Shown here piece by piece: positions 45,687 to 56,070 of a stretch of DNA of 64,000 nt (position 1 is the stretch's first letter; each line of letters opens with the position of its first letter). The translations under genes and the position numbers were made by a program. This DNA comes from a virus (Duplodnaviria; Caudoviricetes): the IMG/VR virus record IMGVR_UViG_3300026094_000002; one strand, written 5' to 3'. The notes under the pieces are model-generated. The model was not told the origin of the DNA. It was given only the letters and a program-made list of their open reading frames with translations, and searched no databases.

Positions 45687-47290
45687 CCTAATTCATGCCA
45701 GTTTTTAATCCAAGCACAAAGTTGCAATAGATGTATAGAATCGTAAGAAACAGTATCATTATTTTTGCAATTAAGATATTTTGAAAAAATGTTTTTTGTG
45801 TGTCTATGAATACCAGTAGTTTTCAGATACCCCCATGCCCATTGAATAATATCAATAGAACTTTGGTTTATAGGAAAAAAGTAATCAAATATTTCTTCTT
45901 CACCAGATTTATACCGATTCAAAAATGATGCTGTTTCATTTAAATAATTTTTTTGTTGTTGTGCTTCTAAACTTGAGTTATACAAATCATCATTAGTCAT
46001 TCTTGCAGTGATTGTTATCAGATCTCTATCGCAATATGGACTATATACTGGCTTTTTTAAGTTAGATTGATCTGACGACAAATATGTACTTGGCTTTAGT
46101 GACCATAAATCTATCGTAGGATTTTTATATTTTCCTGTCAATAAGTTGTCATAATCTATTAAATCTGTAAATGCATAATTTCCTTGGTAAGAATATGACT
46201 TAGAAATTATTTTATTGGCGTCTTCAAGTGTTTTTGCCATTTTTAATTTTGACAGTATCACTGTTGCATGTCGTTGAGTATGCAGAAAACACTCATCCCC
46301 ATTTGTTCCCTTAATAAAGTAATCGCAATGTTTTAAATACTTTTTAGCAACAAAAATATCATGAAATAAATCCACATTTTTTGTGGGATATGACCATATT
46401 TCTGGCAGGAAATGTGAAAAAAAATCTTCTATAAAAAACTTTTCAAAATAAGTGTTTATATTTTTCTTATTAAGGTACTCATGTAAGTTTTCAGCATTTT
46501 TGGCCCATTTTTGAAGTGTTTTGTCAGTATGAAAGCAATATGTTGCCACATCAAAATTAATACCTTTTTTCAATAAAGCCTCAACAACAGTTAAACTGTC
46601 AATACCAGTCGATGCCTGTACTCCAACTTTTGAGTTAGGATTTTGATTGATAATAGAACTAATATTATTATCAATCTTTTTATGCACATATTCGTCTATA
46701 TTTGATATTTTGGGCAGAGTTTTTTTATAATGATAATCACATACCCTGTCATAATATCTTTTTACATTTAAACGAGAGGGAGTAGCAACCAGTTTTCCTG
46801 CTGCTGGCAATCTGAAAACATTTTTGAGTATAGTTTTGTTGCTTTCAAAAATAAGGAATGGATTTACGGGATTATATTCAACCGGGCTTAAGTACTCAGA
46901 ATCATATATCTGTCTATTAAATGCATTTACCAACCATGTTTTATTAAGAGAAAAATATTTAGACGAAAAAGAAATTAAGTCTGTTGTAATTGTTATTTCA
47001 TTGTTTCTTTTTGAATAAAAGATGGGATAATCACTATGAATATCAGTATAGATCTCAATACAATTTTCATAAATGCGGCCATAAAACCAACTGCCGTTTT
47101 GCTCGGATATATTGTCAAAATTGGCTTCTGAAAGAGGCACTGGCCAACTCACCCCAAACCAGAAATATAGTGAGTTGTTTTTGTGACTAATCTCTGTTCT
47201 AGAATCAAAATAATAATAATATTTTCCAAATTTATTAAAAGATGGGATTCCGGATGTTAAATTTGGGTTTGTCGTAATTGTGAAATTCAT
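45683..47290 (-). CDS. Asparagine-synthase-like (N-type ATP pyrophosphatase) protein
   Basis: TILKNVFRLPAAG, STGIDS, KGTNGDE and SPYCDRDL. AT-rich; no N-terminal catalytic Cys. Confidence 0.6.
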   Translation of the reverse strand: MNFTITTNPNLTSGIPSFNKFGKYYYYFDSRTEISHKNNSLYFWFGVSWPVPLSEANFDNISEQNGSWFYGRIYENCIEIYTDIHSDYPIFYSKRNNEITITTDLISFSSKYFSLNKTWLVNAFNRQIYDSEYLSPVEYNPVNPFLIFESNKTILKNVFRLPAAGKLVATPSRLNVKRYYDRVCDYHYKKTLPKISNIDEYVHKKIDNNISSIINQNPNSKVGVQASTGIDSLTVVEALLKKGINFDVATYCFHTDKTLQKWAKNAENLHEYLNKKNINTYFEKFFIEDFFSHFLPEIWSYPTKNVDLFHDIFVAKKYLKHCDYFIKGTNGDECFLHTQRHATVILSKLKMAKTLEDANKIISKSYSYQGNYAFTDLIDYDNLLTGKYKNPTIDLWSLKPSTYLSSDQSNLKKPVYSPYCDRDLITITARMTNDDLYNSSLEAQQQKNYLNETASFLNRYKSGEEEIFDYFFPINQSSIDIIQWAWGYLKTTGIHRHTKNIFSKYLNCKNNDTVSYDSIHLLQLCAWIKNWHELG

Positions 47291-47353
47291 TTATTAGTAT
47301 TAGTATTAGTATATCAATTCATATTACAATGCTTGTACATTGATTTTATATAA

Positions 47354-47794
47354 CTATGTATTGTATTTTTTATGCATATGAGATATTTCTTTTTTATCGA
47401 CTATACTTGAAAGCACTTCAATGTCATCTAACTTCAAGTTTGGATACATTTCTTTTAGTTTTTTAATTTTATTACTTTCATCAGAATCTTTTTTCTTAAA
47501 TCCAATCCATTCATGATGATGTGTCCCCATTCCCGGGCTAATTGTAGTAGCACAAAGCCATTGTAACTTTGGATGTTTGTTTATTTCAAAAAAATTCTTG
47601 TTTAATCGCTGGTTTGTCGCATGGAGATAATATTCTTGTAATTCAGACGAGCCTCGGACAGAACTACCCCACCTAATCATTAGGTAGTTTGAAAACTTTT
47701 TCTTTTCTTCTTCGCTCAATTCATCATAAAACTCTCTGTTCTTTTGATCGAACATTTTCATTTCATTCTGAATAGTTAATTTATTGTTCATCAT
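47354..47794 (-). CDS. Clamp loader small subunit-like protein (T4 gp62-like)
   Basis: FYDELSEEEKKKFSNYLMIRW, LNKNFF, KHPKLQW and HEWI. Confidence 0.6.
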   Translation of the reverse strand: MMNNKLTIQNEMKMFDQKNREFYDELSEEEKKKFSNYLMIRWGSSVRGSSELQEYYLHATNQRLNKNFFEINKHPKLQWLCATTISPGMGTHHHEWIGFKKKDSDESNKIKKLKEMYPNLKLDDIEVLSSIVDKKEISHMHKKYNT

Positions 47795-47801
47795 TAATAA
47801 C

Positions 47802-48611
47802 TTACAACAAGGGTTTTAAATATTTTATATTATTATCATTGAGCATAGATTTTAAACTATTGAACAAATATTTAGAGTATATTTGTTGACTTTTTAATCC
47901 CGGGTGAGTGTCTATGGTAGATGCATTATCTACTTTCATTTTTTTGAAAGAACTATATAAGTTTAACCAGTGATCAGTTTTAATACCACCATGGTTTTGA
48001 TAATCAACGTGTATTTTATCATATAATTCGAAAATTTCATTATCACCTCTTGTTTCTACATCTAAAAACTCTTTTTCATACCCACCTAATTCATTAGGTT
48101 CTGTAAGTTTTTTATACTCAAAAAAGTTGTCAGACCAAGGGCTATAAGTGTTTACAAAAAACATTTGTTTACTAGTGTTTTTAACTTCGTGAATTTTTAT
48201 TAAAGCATTCAAATAACAAATTAGATAAAGTATATCCCAATGATCATGATGAATTTTTAACAGTGAATCGCCGACCTGTTTTAGCCATTTTTTTTCAATT
48301 GTGACATTATTGTTAATATTAATATCAAATTCATCTGTCAATTTGGTTAATGTTTCATAAGTTTCAAGATTTATATTAAAATTAAATCTTGGTATTATGC
48401 TCCACGCAACTATTACTAAATCATAATCATTAAAAAATAATTCACTCAATGTATTAATAAAAATACTATGATTATTTCTTCCTGCTAAAGCAATATTTTT
48501 AGTGTTTTTTTGTTCAAAAAGTTGATTAACCCATAAGTTTGGATTATTTTTTTCATCTATAAGCCCATGGCCCATAGTAAATGAACATCCAGAAACTAAG
48601 ATTTTTTTCAT
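47802..48611 (-). CDS. SGNH-like hydrolase
   Basis: VSGCSFT, NIALAGRNN and HPG. AT-rich. Confidence 0.6.
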   Translation of the reverse strand: MKKILVSGCSFTMGHGLIDEKNNPNLWVNQLFEQKNTKNIALAGRNNHSIFINTLSELFFNDYDLVIVAWSIIPRFNFNINLETYETLTKLTDEFDININNNVTIEKKWLKQVGDSLLKIHHDHWDILYLICYLNALIKIHEVKNTSKQMFFVNTYSPWSDNFFEYKKLTEPNELGGYEKEFLDVETRGDNEIFELYDKIHVDYQNHGGIKTDHWLNLYSSFKKMKVDNASTIDTHPGLKSQQIYSKYLFNSLKSMLNDNNIKYLKPLL

Positions 48612-48618
48612 ATATTAC

Positions 48619-49119
48619 TTACCACGCATTGCGATAATCCACTACCTCACAATTTCTGCTAATATCTTTAGCAAAATAGATACAGCGTGGGTTGCTGCCT
48701 GACTCTATTGGTACGCATAGTATCTGTCCGTTCTTTAATTTTGGTGCATACCATGTAACCTCGTGATAAACATCCACAATTTCAACATCAGAAAATTCTG
48801 CACTGAAACTAGTTAGCGGATTAAAGACAAATGTGCGAAACCCCCGGTCATTGATAGAAGTCATTGGCAACATCTCAAGGTCACCTAATTCTTCTTCACC
48901 AATCAAGATATGCCAATCCATGGGCATTTTAATTGTCTGGTCACCTATGCGTAAGACCAATGCTGGTGCGTTGAAACTTTCTAAAAAGATTAGAGGAATA
49001 AAAAAATAATCTGGATTAGAGGGGTCAGAATTGTCTAAGATTGCAAACCGTATATCGTCTATTTCTTCTGGAATTGTATCTAATTCGTATGCACCGTCTT
49101 CAAGTGTTAATATTTTCAT
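48619..49119 (-). CDS. Conserved hypothetical protein
   Basis: PLIFLESF, MPMDW and WYAPKLKNG; own promoter. Confidence 0.7.
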   Translation of the reverse strand: MKILTLEDGAYELDTIPEEIDDIRFAILDNSDPSNPDYFFIPLIFLESFNAPALVLRIGDQTIKMPMDWHILIGEEELGDLEMLPMTSINDRGFRTFVFNPLTSFSAEFSDVEIVDVYHEVTWYAPKLKNGQILCVPIESGSNPRCIYFAKDISRNCEVVDYRNAW

Positions 49120-49127
49120 AATTTACT

Positions 49128-49155
49128 ATTATACTACCTATTATATTTTTGTCAA
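49128..49155 (-). promoter_or_regulatory. Sigma70-like promoter TTGACA-16-TATAAT
   Basis: -35 at 49150-49155, -10 at 49128-49133, 8 nt before the ATG. Confidence 0.75.
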
Positions 49156-49156
49156 T

Positions 49157-50617
49157 TTAATTTTGCCAATCTAATTTTTCTATTGAAAAAGGATATTGGG
49201 CTTCTTTATAGAAACGTTTTCGTTTTGTGAGATGTCTCTTGGCAAACTTACACGTTGAAGTTATATCCCATATCTGTACATGGTCTTTGTCTTCTGCTTT
49301 TCTTATTCCACGACCAATGGACTGGATAACACGCACAAAACTCTTACCCGGTTCAACAAGAACAAGGTTGAAAATTCGAGGAAGGTTAATTCCCACAGCA
49401 GCAACGCCATAAGTTGCTATTATAATCTTTCCTTCAGAGTCTGCTACTTGGTCATAATGGTCTTGTCTATCGGTGGCTTTTGTACTGCCAGAAATGAATA
49501 CTGAATTATCTAACCTCGCTTCCAATTCTTTTCCTGCGGTAACTCTATCAACAAGCACAAGAACATTACCAGATTCGCTTGCACTTTTAATAATTCGGCT
49601 CATTGTATCTAATCTTTCTGGCTCTTCAAGAAGATACTTTAACTCACTCTGGTAATTATTATACTCTACATGATCTATCATTTGAACGATATTCACATGA
49701 CAGTTTGCCAATACGCCACGCTGTTGAAGTTCAGATGCAGATAACTGTGACCCAACTGGTCCAAGACTCACATGTAGTGCTTGATATGCATAATCTTCTT
49801 TCGGTACCGTGCCAGTCAATCCCCATCGTATTGGAATATGTCCCATTGCACCTGTTAGTAGAGTTTTTAATGCATCAGCTTTTGCACTATGTACCTCATC
49901 AACAATTACACAAACAACGTCTTCTAAAAACTCTCCAATAGAAATATCGGCAGTTTGATTCTTGGTGTTTTTCATTAAACCATTAAGACTTTGCCAAGTA
50001 CATATTGTATGCTGGTGACCAAATTCTTTTCTATCACCATAAAATACACCAACATCAAGTCCCATGTTAGTATAGTCTTTTTCAGTCTGTGTTACCAAGC
50101 TTTTATTAGGGACAATAACTATGCTTCGGCCATGCTTTTCTGCCCGCTGACTTAACGCCGCAGTCATTATCGTTTTACCACTGCCGGTAGCTATCTCTTG
50201 AATTGATTGAGGGGTTTTTAAAAAGTTATTGATTATCTCTACTTGATAATCACGCAGCATTATAGATTCACCAGCAGCAGGGTGTGTTGAAGGCCACTTC
50301 CTGTCAGAAAAAGATTGTTCATCAACCTTTTCTAAATTATAATCTATTTGGTAGTCCCGACGGTCGTCTAATTTAATTTCGTAATTTTCTTCTATTAATA
50401 TAGGAATGATTTCAGGAATTAAATTAACGAACGATGACCCACCGAGTTGAAAGAATGCTACCTTACCATCCCAGCGACCCAATCTAACTGCTGGCATATA
50501 ACGAGCCCCGGGAATTTCATACTTAAATTGATTGGTTAGACGCCTTCTGGTATCAAGATCTAACCCTTCAATTTTAATATTGACTTCATCTTTTACTATA
50601 ATCGTTGCTTCTTTCAT
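49157..50617 (-). CDS. uvsW: UvsW-like SF2 DNA helicase
   Basis: LRDYQ, ATGSGKT, VDEVH, GLTGT and QSIGRGIR. Confidence 0.9.
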   Translation of the reverse strand: MKEATIIVKDEVNIKIEGLDLDTRRRLTNQFKYEIPGARYMPAVRLGRWDGKVAFFQLGGSSFVNLIPEIIPILIEENYEIKLDDRRDYQIDYNLEKVDEQSFSDRKWPSTHPAAGESIMLRDYQVEIINNFLKTPQSIQEIATGSGKTIMTAALSQRAEKHGRSIVIVPNKSLVTQTEKDYTNMGLDVGVFYGDRKEFGHQHTICTWQSLNGLMKNTKNQTADISIGEFLEDVVCVIVDEVHSAKADALKTLLTGAMGHIPIRWGLTGTVPKEDYAYQALHVSLGPVGSQLSASELQQRGVLANCHVNIVQMIDHVEYNNYQSELKYLLEEPERLDTMSRIIKSASESGNVLVLVDRVTAGKELEARLDNSVFISGSTKATDRQDHYDQVADSEGKIIIATYGVAAVGINLPRIFNLVLVEPGKSFVRVIQSIGRGIRKAEDKDHVQIWDITSTCKFAKRHLTKRKRFYKEAQYPFSIEKLDWQN

Positions 50618-50625
50618 ATAAAGAA

Positions 50626-51630
50626 TTATTTACTCATACACGTGTTTCTAGCCAGAGATTTCCAATCATTAGAAATCTTTGTGAGATCTGCAATCTTTAA
50701 TGCCATTCGCAGACTTACTTCGCGAAGTTGATTGCAATTTTCCTGCATAAAATCAATAATTGCCTCACCCATATCCGCAGAGAAATCATAGTCCTGAAAC
50801 AAATCGCCCTTGCGGTAAATCTGTCGAATACGCAGAATTTTATCCCGCATAGTATCCAGAGTTAGGTCAAGATAGTGACAACGACTCTGTAGAGCATCAA
50901 GGTGATCTGCTAACTTTTTACTACGAACATTTTCAAACTTCAGATTAGTGACAAAAATTACACTGCCACGAAATTCAAAATTATTGGGTACGTCTTCTGA
51001 GCGTAGTTTGTGACTATCAGCATTCCAGTGAATACGACGAGTTTTGCCTGTATCTAATGCTGCCTTTAAAATATTAAGAGAGAGATCGTCTAGCAAAACA
51101 CTGTCACAATCATCAAATACAATAACGTTATTTGATTCCCGACGCTTGTACAATTGACAATAAAGACCAATAGGCGTCATTGCACCTTTGACAAACTCGT
51201 ACTTCTGCTCCTTGGCACTAATGGTGTCAAAAAGACCAGCCTTTTCCAATTGCTTTTCAATTCCATAGCTCTTGCCAACGCCGGGAGGACCAGAAACAAT
51301 CATTGCACGAACATCACCGTTTACAGTGGCACGAGTCATATTGTCTAGGATATCAAAACGCTCAGCAATCCTATTGATCACCTCTTCATCGCTTTCCTGT
51401 GGCTGACTAAATGAAGCATTTACATCAGTATCAAACTCACCCACTTCAATATTTTCAGGAGTATCAACCCGGATGCGAACAACATCGTGTTCTGAGCCAA
51501 AATATCCATTGCTACGAACAGTGACAAAACCGCCTCGCTTTCCTTCCTTGTACTCTTTTACCAGATCAAATGCTTGATTCTGAATAGTAAAATTACGATA
51601 TGTGCCCTGATGTACTAGAACTTGTGTCAT
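50626..51630 (-). CDS. AAA+ ATPase with N-terminal beta domain
   Basis: GPPGVGKS, VFDDCD, FVTN and ALQSRCH. Confidence 0.8.
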   Translation of the reverse strand: MTQVLVHQGTYRNFTIQNQAFDLVKEYKEGKRGGFVTVRSNGYFGSEHDVVRIRVDTPENIEVGEFDTDVNASFSQPQESDEEVINRIAERFDILDNMTRATVNGDVRAMIVSGPPGVGKSYGIEKQLEKAGLFDTISAKEQKYEFVKGAMTPIGLYCQLYKRRESNNVIVFDDCDSVLLDDLSLNILKAALDTGKTRRIHWNADSHKLRSEDVPNNFEFRGSVIFVTNLKFENVRSKKLADHLDALQSRCHYLDLTLDTMRDKILRIRQIYRKGDLFQDYDFSADMGEAIIDFMQENCNQLREVSLRMALKIADLTKISNDWKSLARNTCMSK

Positions 51631-51662
51631 AGTAATATCCCTGTGACGATGAATGAAAAAGT

Positions 51663-51691
51663 ATTATATCAGCAGAGTGAAAGAAATGCAA
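51663..51691 (-). promoter_or_regulatory. Sigma70-like promoter TTGCAT-17-TATAAT
   Basis: -35 at 51686-51691, -10 at 51663-51668. Confidence 0.7.
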
Positions 51692-51695
51692 CAGT

Positions 51696-52397
51696 CTAAC
51701 ACCAGTTTTTAACAATCACTGGATCTTTAACATCTGCAACATCTGGTGTGCCATGAAAAGCTAAAACAGCCGTATCTGAAGGTATAACAGGGTTTCTTGA
51801 TTTGGCAAATCGCAATCCAAATCGTGTTTTTTCTAATTCATTGCGATGCCGTATTTGCCACTTATAACTTTGAATCCATTGTTCAGGAAAAAACCGAAGA
51901 TCATTACGATACAAGTGCCAAATCCAATCTTGATCACCGCGAAATTTTTTTATTATAGCAGTGTGATTTTTTTCAAATTCTGTCCACACGTCGGTATATT
52001 TTTGTGCTGGCCAACGCATAACAGCACTTCCAAGTTTAATCCAGTTACGCCGAAATATTCTTGCAAGGTCTTGTAGCCCCACAAATTTACTAGGCTCATA
52101 TCGTATAAAATGGTTTATATTATTAACTATAACCATATCTAAATCAAAATACAAGTTAATTTCACCTTTAGAAAAAAAATCAGGAGAAAAAATGTATGGT
52201 TTGCACCACCAACCTGCAATATCGGGTTTTGTTGGTAAGTCAATAACATCAATGTCTGATGCTAGTCCGTTACTGTCTTCTGTAAAACAAACAAATCTAT
52301 GATCAAAAATGAGGTGACGAGACACCATGTTGCGGAGTCTATTTACATATTCAGGACCATAACGAGTGCCGTGCTTGACGCAGATAACATTTATCAT
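51696..52397 (-). CDS. GT-A glycosyltransferase, paralog A
   Basis: ICVKHGTRYGPEYVN, WWCKP, YFDLD, GDQDW and FHG.P. Confidence 0.75.
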   Translation of the reverse strand: MINVICVKHGTRYGPEYVNRLRNMVSRHLIFDHRFVCFTEDSNGLASDIDVIDLPTKPDIAGWWCKPYIFSPDFFSKGEINLYFDLDMVIVNNINHFIRYEPSKFVGLQDLARIFRRNWIKLGSAVMRWPAQKYTDVWTEFEKNHTAIIKKFRGDQDWIWHLYRNDLRFFPEQWIQSYKWQIRHRNELEKTRFGLRFAKSRNPVIPSDTAVLAFHGTPDVADVKDPVIVKNWC

Positions 52398-52431
52398 AAA
52401 TTCTTTAAGTTATCTTTTTAATATTAACTGA

Positions 52432-53130
52432 CTATTTTGACAGTTTAGACTGATCAATTCCAGCGTCAAGAAGTATTTTATTAACGAAGGAAGGAAGATT
52501 ATCAACCTTGTACCCATACTTGTTCATTATACCAACCCACAACGGTGCCCGTTGAATCACTAATTTGTCTTCGCTCCACTCAGATCCAAGGTGATGTCCA
52601 ACTTTTTTTGTATCAAAGGATTCAATAAGTCCTAATCTGCTATCAAAATTCAACTTTTTAGGCGGATCTGCGTACAGTTTTTTTATTTGTTCAACATCAG
52701 TTAATTCTTCATGGCTGCTAAACCTTCCTGTCCAATCATTTATTAAACAAGGAATAGTCATATTATACTTTTGTGCAATCCACAAACGACTACCGCCAAC
52801 AGTAGTTTCTAGAAAAAGAAGTTTCTTTGGATCAGTTTTGTGCATTTCTGGGGGGACGCAATCCCATGATCGTTTTCTTGGCGGACCACATGTTATTGTA
52901 ATTGGATTGCGAAAACCTTCTGCTAATATGCTTTTTTCTAATCTTTCATAGTGACCGCATATTTTATCAAGACCTGCTTCAAATTCTGCAATAATTTTTT
53001 TTCTTTTTACTCTTCCTACCGGTGACCAGTCTGTCCATACAGAGTTATGTCCGCCGCCACAACGCCCAACCATACCAAAAATTTGCTTGGCTGGTATATT
53101 AACAGAAACAACTCTGTATTCTTTACTCAC
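52432..53130 (-). CDS. Hypothetical protein, weak ParB/Srx-like pattern
   Basis: YERLEKSILAEGFRNPI and GGSRLWIA. Confidence 0.45.
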   Translation of the reverse strand: MSKEYRVVSVNIPAKQIFGMVGRCGGGHNSVWTDWSPVGRVKRKKIIAEFEAGLDKICGHYERLEKSILAEGFRNPITITCGPPRKRSWDCVPPEMHKTDPKKLLFLETTVGGSRLWIAQKYNMTIPCLINDWTGRFSSHEELTDVEQIKKLYADPPKKLNFDSRLGLIESFDTKKVGHHLGSEWSEDKLVIQRAPLWVGIMNKYGYKVDNLPSFVNKILLDAGIDQSKLSK

Positions 53131-53133
53131 TGC

Positions 53134-53835
53134 TTATCTCCAACAATCCATTATCCAAGACTGTGGGTCTCCTTGGTACTTCCATGACTTCCACCCTTTG
53201 GTTGCTGCATCTGGTATAGACGGCTCACCATGAAAACAAACAATTTTTGCACCTTGTGGCAATCCTTGATTACAATGCACTTTAAAACTTACTATTTGCT
53301 CGGGATATAAGTCTTGCCAATATTTAACCTCGTTTTTTACAATATTACCAATGAATACCTGATCTCCATGTGGATGAACTGATTGCATTGCCGCTTCTGG
53401 ATCTGTAATAAAGCTATTCCAAATATGAGTAAATCTTCCCGCGTTCCATGACATAACACCAGAAGCAGATTGTGTGGCTGTTTTTGCCAAGCCCCAATAA
53501 AAGTCTTGAAGCATAATCAACCCACCTGTGTTGTCCATTAGTAGATAGTCAATATTTCCTGTAATTAAGGTATCTAAATCAATGTAAAATACTCTTTCAT
53601 CTTTTTTAAATGGTACTTCGTCACTGAATAACCATATTTTATTCCACCATGATGCAACTGTCGTTGAATATGGAAGATCATGGGTTATAATATCTTGATT
53701 GATTCCTGTTTTATCATCTGTGAAACAATGAAGTTCAAATGGCAGCGTACAGTTTCTTTTAATACCATTGTATAATCTATTGGCATATTCTGGTCCATAC
53801 TTGTCACCCCACTTTAAACAAATTATTTTAATCAC
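53134..53835 (-). CDS. GT-A glycosyltransferase, paralog B
   Basis: ICLKWGDKYGPEYAN, WWNKI, YIDLD, GDQVF and FHGEP. Confidence 0.75.
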   Translation of the reverse strand: MIKIICLKWGDKYGPEYANRLYNGIKRNCTLPFELHCFTDDKTGINQDIITHDLPYSTTVASWWNKIWLFSDEVPFKKDERVFYIDLDTLITGNIDYLLMDNTGGLIMLQDFYWGLAKTATQSASGVMSWNAGRFTHIWNSFITDPEAAMQSVHPHGDQVFIGNIVKNEVKYWQDLYPEQIVSFKVHCNQGLPQGAKIVCFHGEPSIPDAATKGWKSWKYQGDPQSWIMDCWR

Positions 53836-54869
53836 AGAGATTCCCCAGAATGTTTTTGATTGTAACGAGTTTCAATGGTATCAATTATTTTTTTACTGAT
53901 ATCATGCCAAGAATTTTCAAGTGCTTTTTGTCTGGATTTTTTTATATCAATTGCATCCAGTGTAGATTGCCAGTTGATTGTAGAATCCCACTCAATGTGT
54001 CTGGTCGTGTTTAAACGATCTTTATTCACCAACCCTCTAGGGCTAAGAATTAACGCACCGGATGTTGCATTTTCAATTATAGCTTGTCCAACGCTTTCTT
54101 CATGCGTAACACAGAAAATATGTGACTTTGAGTATTCTTTGCAAGCATCTACATATGATATTCCTTTTCTATCATACCGCTCTATAATAAAATTATCTAT
54201 ATCAACAATTTCTACTTCACCAGAAACAAATCGTCTGACTTCAACTGAATCAAACCCGTGATCCTTATACACACCAGAATGTATTAAATTTCTGATATTC
54301 ATAAGAGTATCAAATGAGCGATCTGATGCATTGTGATTAAATGCAGAATGATCTACGAGAATGCTAAGTTTCTTGCGTGGTTGTTTGCTTTTTATTAATC
54401 GTGAATCTGCAGCCCATCCTATCAAAACATTGTTATCATGATGTCTTTGATATCTATTGTTTGAAGATCCAAGAGGATATCTCCAATCATCATCCCTAAA
54501 GGTAAATGTCACATCTACGGGATCTGAATCTAAGCGACTGCCGTCATATAATTGACAAAGAATGCCTTGGTAACGATCATATAAAGATTGTCCGATTGCT
54601 TGTGGCAACTGACTAAAGTATCTAAGACCTAATGCGACTATGCCATGATATTTTTCAACATCTAAATTTTCAAACCATTGAGAAAGTTCTTCATCAGAAT
54701 CAAATGGCGGGACTGCTAAAAAATCTATCTCAATATCAAATGTTTTTAATTCATGATATAGATAATAGCACCATACTGATGTAAAACTATTAACCTCTTT
54801 TTTACTTTTTGGAATGCCTGATTTGGGTGACAATAATAATATTTTCATTTTTAATGTTGTCCGAACCAT
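53832..54869 (-). CDS. GT-B-like putative glycosyltransferase
   Basis: EYSKSHIFCVTHEESVGQAIIENATSGALI resembles the EX7E region. Confidence 0.5.
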   Translation of the reverse strand: MVRTTLKMKILLLSPKSGIPKSKKEVNSFTSVWCYYLYHELKTFDIEIDFLAVPPFDSDEELSQWFENLDVEKYHGIVALGLRYFSQLPQAIGQSLYDRYQGILCQLYDGSRLDSDPVDVTFTFRDDDWRYPLGSSNNRYQRHHDNNVLIGWAADSRLIKSKQPRKKLSILVDHSAFNHNASDRSFDTLMNIRNLIHSGVYKDHGFDSVEVRRFVSGEVEIVDIDNFIIERYDRKGISYVDACKEYSKSHIFCVTHEESVGQAIIENATSGALILSPRGLVNKDRLNTTRHIEWDSTINWQSTLDAIDIKKSRQKALENSWHDISKKIIDTIETRYNQKHSGESL

Positions 54870-55612
54870 GTAAGACTTTTATCCAGCCATGGTAACACTA
54901 AGTCTCGCTGCCTAACATGCCCAAACCGTTTTAAACTTTTAGATGCTGTTTTTGGTATTAATTCACATTCATCCAAATCATACCACGTTGTCGTTCTTGG
55001 ATTCATTGGTGGTTGTTCGCTTTTATAAACTATTGCGTGGAGCCATGGATCATTAACGCCTTTTTTAAAAAACCCATCACGACAGTCAAATCCATTAACT
55101 GCTAATTGGTGAATTAAAGAAACCACAGTGTGATTATGATAACAACCGGGCCATTGATCAAATGCCAACTCATTAAACTCCACGTTGGTAAATTGTGGAA
55201 GAATTAAGACCAGCATCCCACTCGGTGTCATTTTATGCCACCATTCAGCAAGGGTTTTAAGGGGGTTCAAAACATACTGAAAAGAATCGTGACACCAGAT
55301 GACATCAAATTTCTTTTCATCATCAAAATTTTCAAAATCTCTTTGTAGATATACTATGTTCTTATGATCTCTCGCAGATCGAGTTGTTTTTACTAAATCA
55401 ATGCCAGTACATTTAATATCTAATGGTTCTGGGCTATCTTCATCTCGTGTAGTTCTTGTTGCCCACCATTCAAGATCAAAGCCCTCTTCGCCACAGCCCA
55501 TATCGGCAAGAGTTTCAACACTCTCCATAAAATCATCAAATTCATACAATAAACGCAATGTTTGCAAACTATGTTCATGACTTTGTTTTGGGCTAGTAAA
55601 TGGTTTGTACAT
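54851..55612 (-). CDS. Class I SAM-dependent methyltransferase
   Basis: ADMGCG, TGIDL, FDVIWCHDSFQY and PSGMLVL. Confidence 0.8.
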   Translation of the reverse strand: MYKPFTSPKQSHEHSLQTLRLLYEFDDFMESVETLADMGCGEEGFDLEWWATRTTRDEDSPEPLDIKCTGIDLVKTTRSARDHKNIVYLQRDFENFDDEKKFDVIWCHDSFQYVLNPLKTLAEWWHKMTPSGMLVLILPQFTNVEFNELAFDQWPGCYHNHTVVSLIHQLAVNGFDCRDGFFKKGVNDPWLHAIVYKSEQPPMNPRTTTWYDLDECELIPKTASKSLKRFGHVRQRDLVLPWLDKSLTWFGQH

Positions 55613-55614
55613 TA

Positions 55615-56067
55615 TTAAACCTGTATATCTTCCATACCCGCAACTCTTAATTTTACTACGTTTGTTACTTGAAAACTTTTATTATCTAAACCTTTCATTA
55701 TTCCAAGCCAACGATTACGCATTAGAGCAACTTCATTGATCAGTGTTTCAAAATCAACAACTTCATCTTCACCATCAACATATTTTTCTGCATCTCTACT
55801 CGTTAGGGCACGTGCATAGTTTTCTAGATACTTTTGGAAATGACGGCGGCGAACACGTTTCAATTCTATGTTGAGATAACTTAATACCGCTTCAATTTCT
55901 TGCAATTGATTAAATCTGTGCTCTGTTATTCCCGGAAGATCTTTGATGTTTCTTTCAACCATTCCAGAAAGTTTGCACTCAGATTTTGCCTCTTCCAACT
56001 CTTTTTCATAATGAGCAATGAAATTCGGAAGTTGTCCAAGGTCATTTGTTACACGGTTATACCACAT
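55615..56067 (-). CDS. uvsY: UvsY recombination mediator
   Basis: Follows uvsX; RALTSRDAEKYVDGE and LRVAGMED. Confidence 0.75.
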   Translation of the reverse strand: MWYNRVTNDLGQLPNFIAHYEKELEEAKSECKLSGMVERNIKDLPGITEHRFNQLQEIEAVLSYLNIELKRVRRRHFQKYLENYARALTSRDAEKYVDGEDEVVDFETLINEVALMRNRWLGIMKGLDNKSFQVTNVVKLRVAGMEDIQV

Positions 56068-56070
56068 AGG

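Noticed and set aside
47291-47312. ATTAGT trimer upstream of the AsnB-like gene
   Set aside because: It is a short low-complexity repeat in AT-rich DNA with no supporting context.
48619-49119. Possible Hint/intein-like fold
   Set aside because: There is no N-terminal Cys/Ser or C-terminal His-Asn, and the impression is too weak without a profile search.
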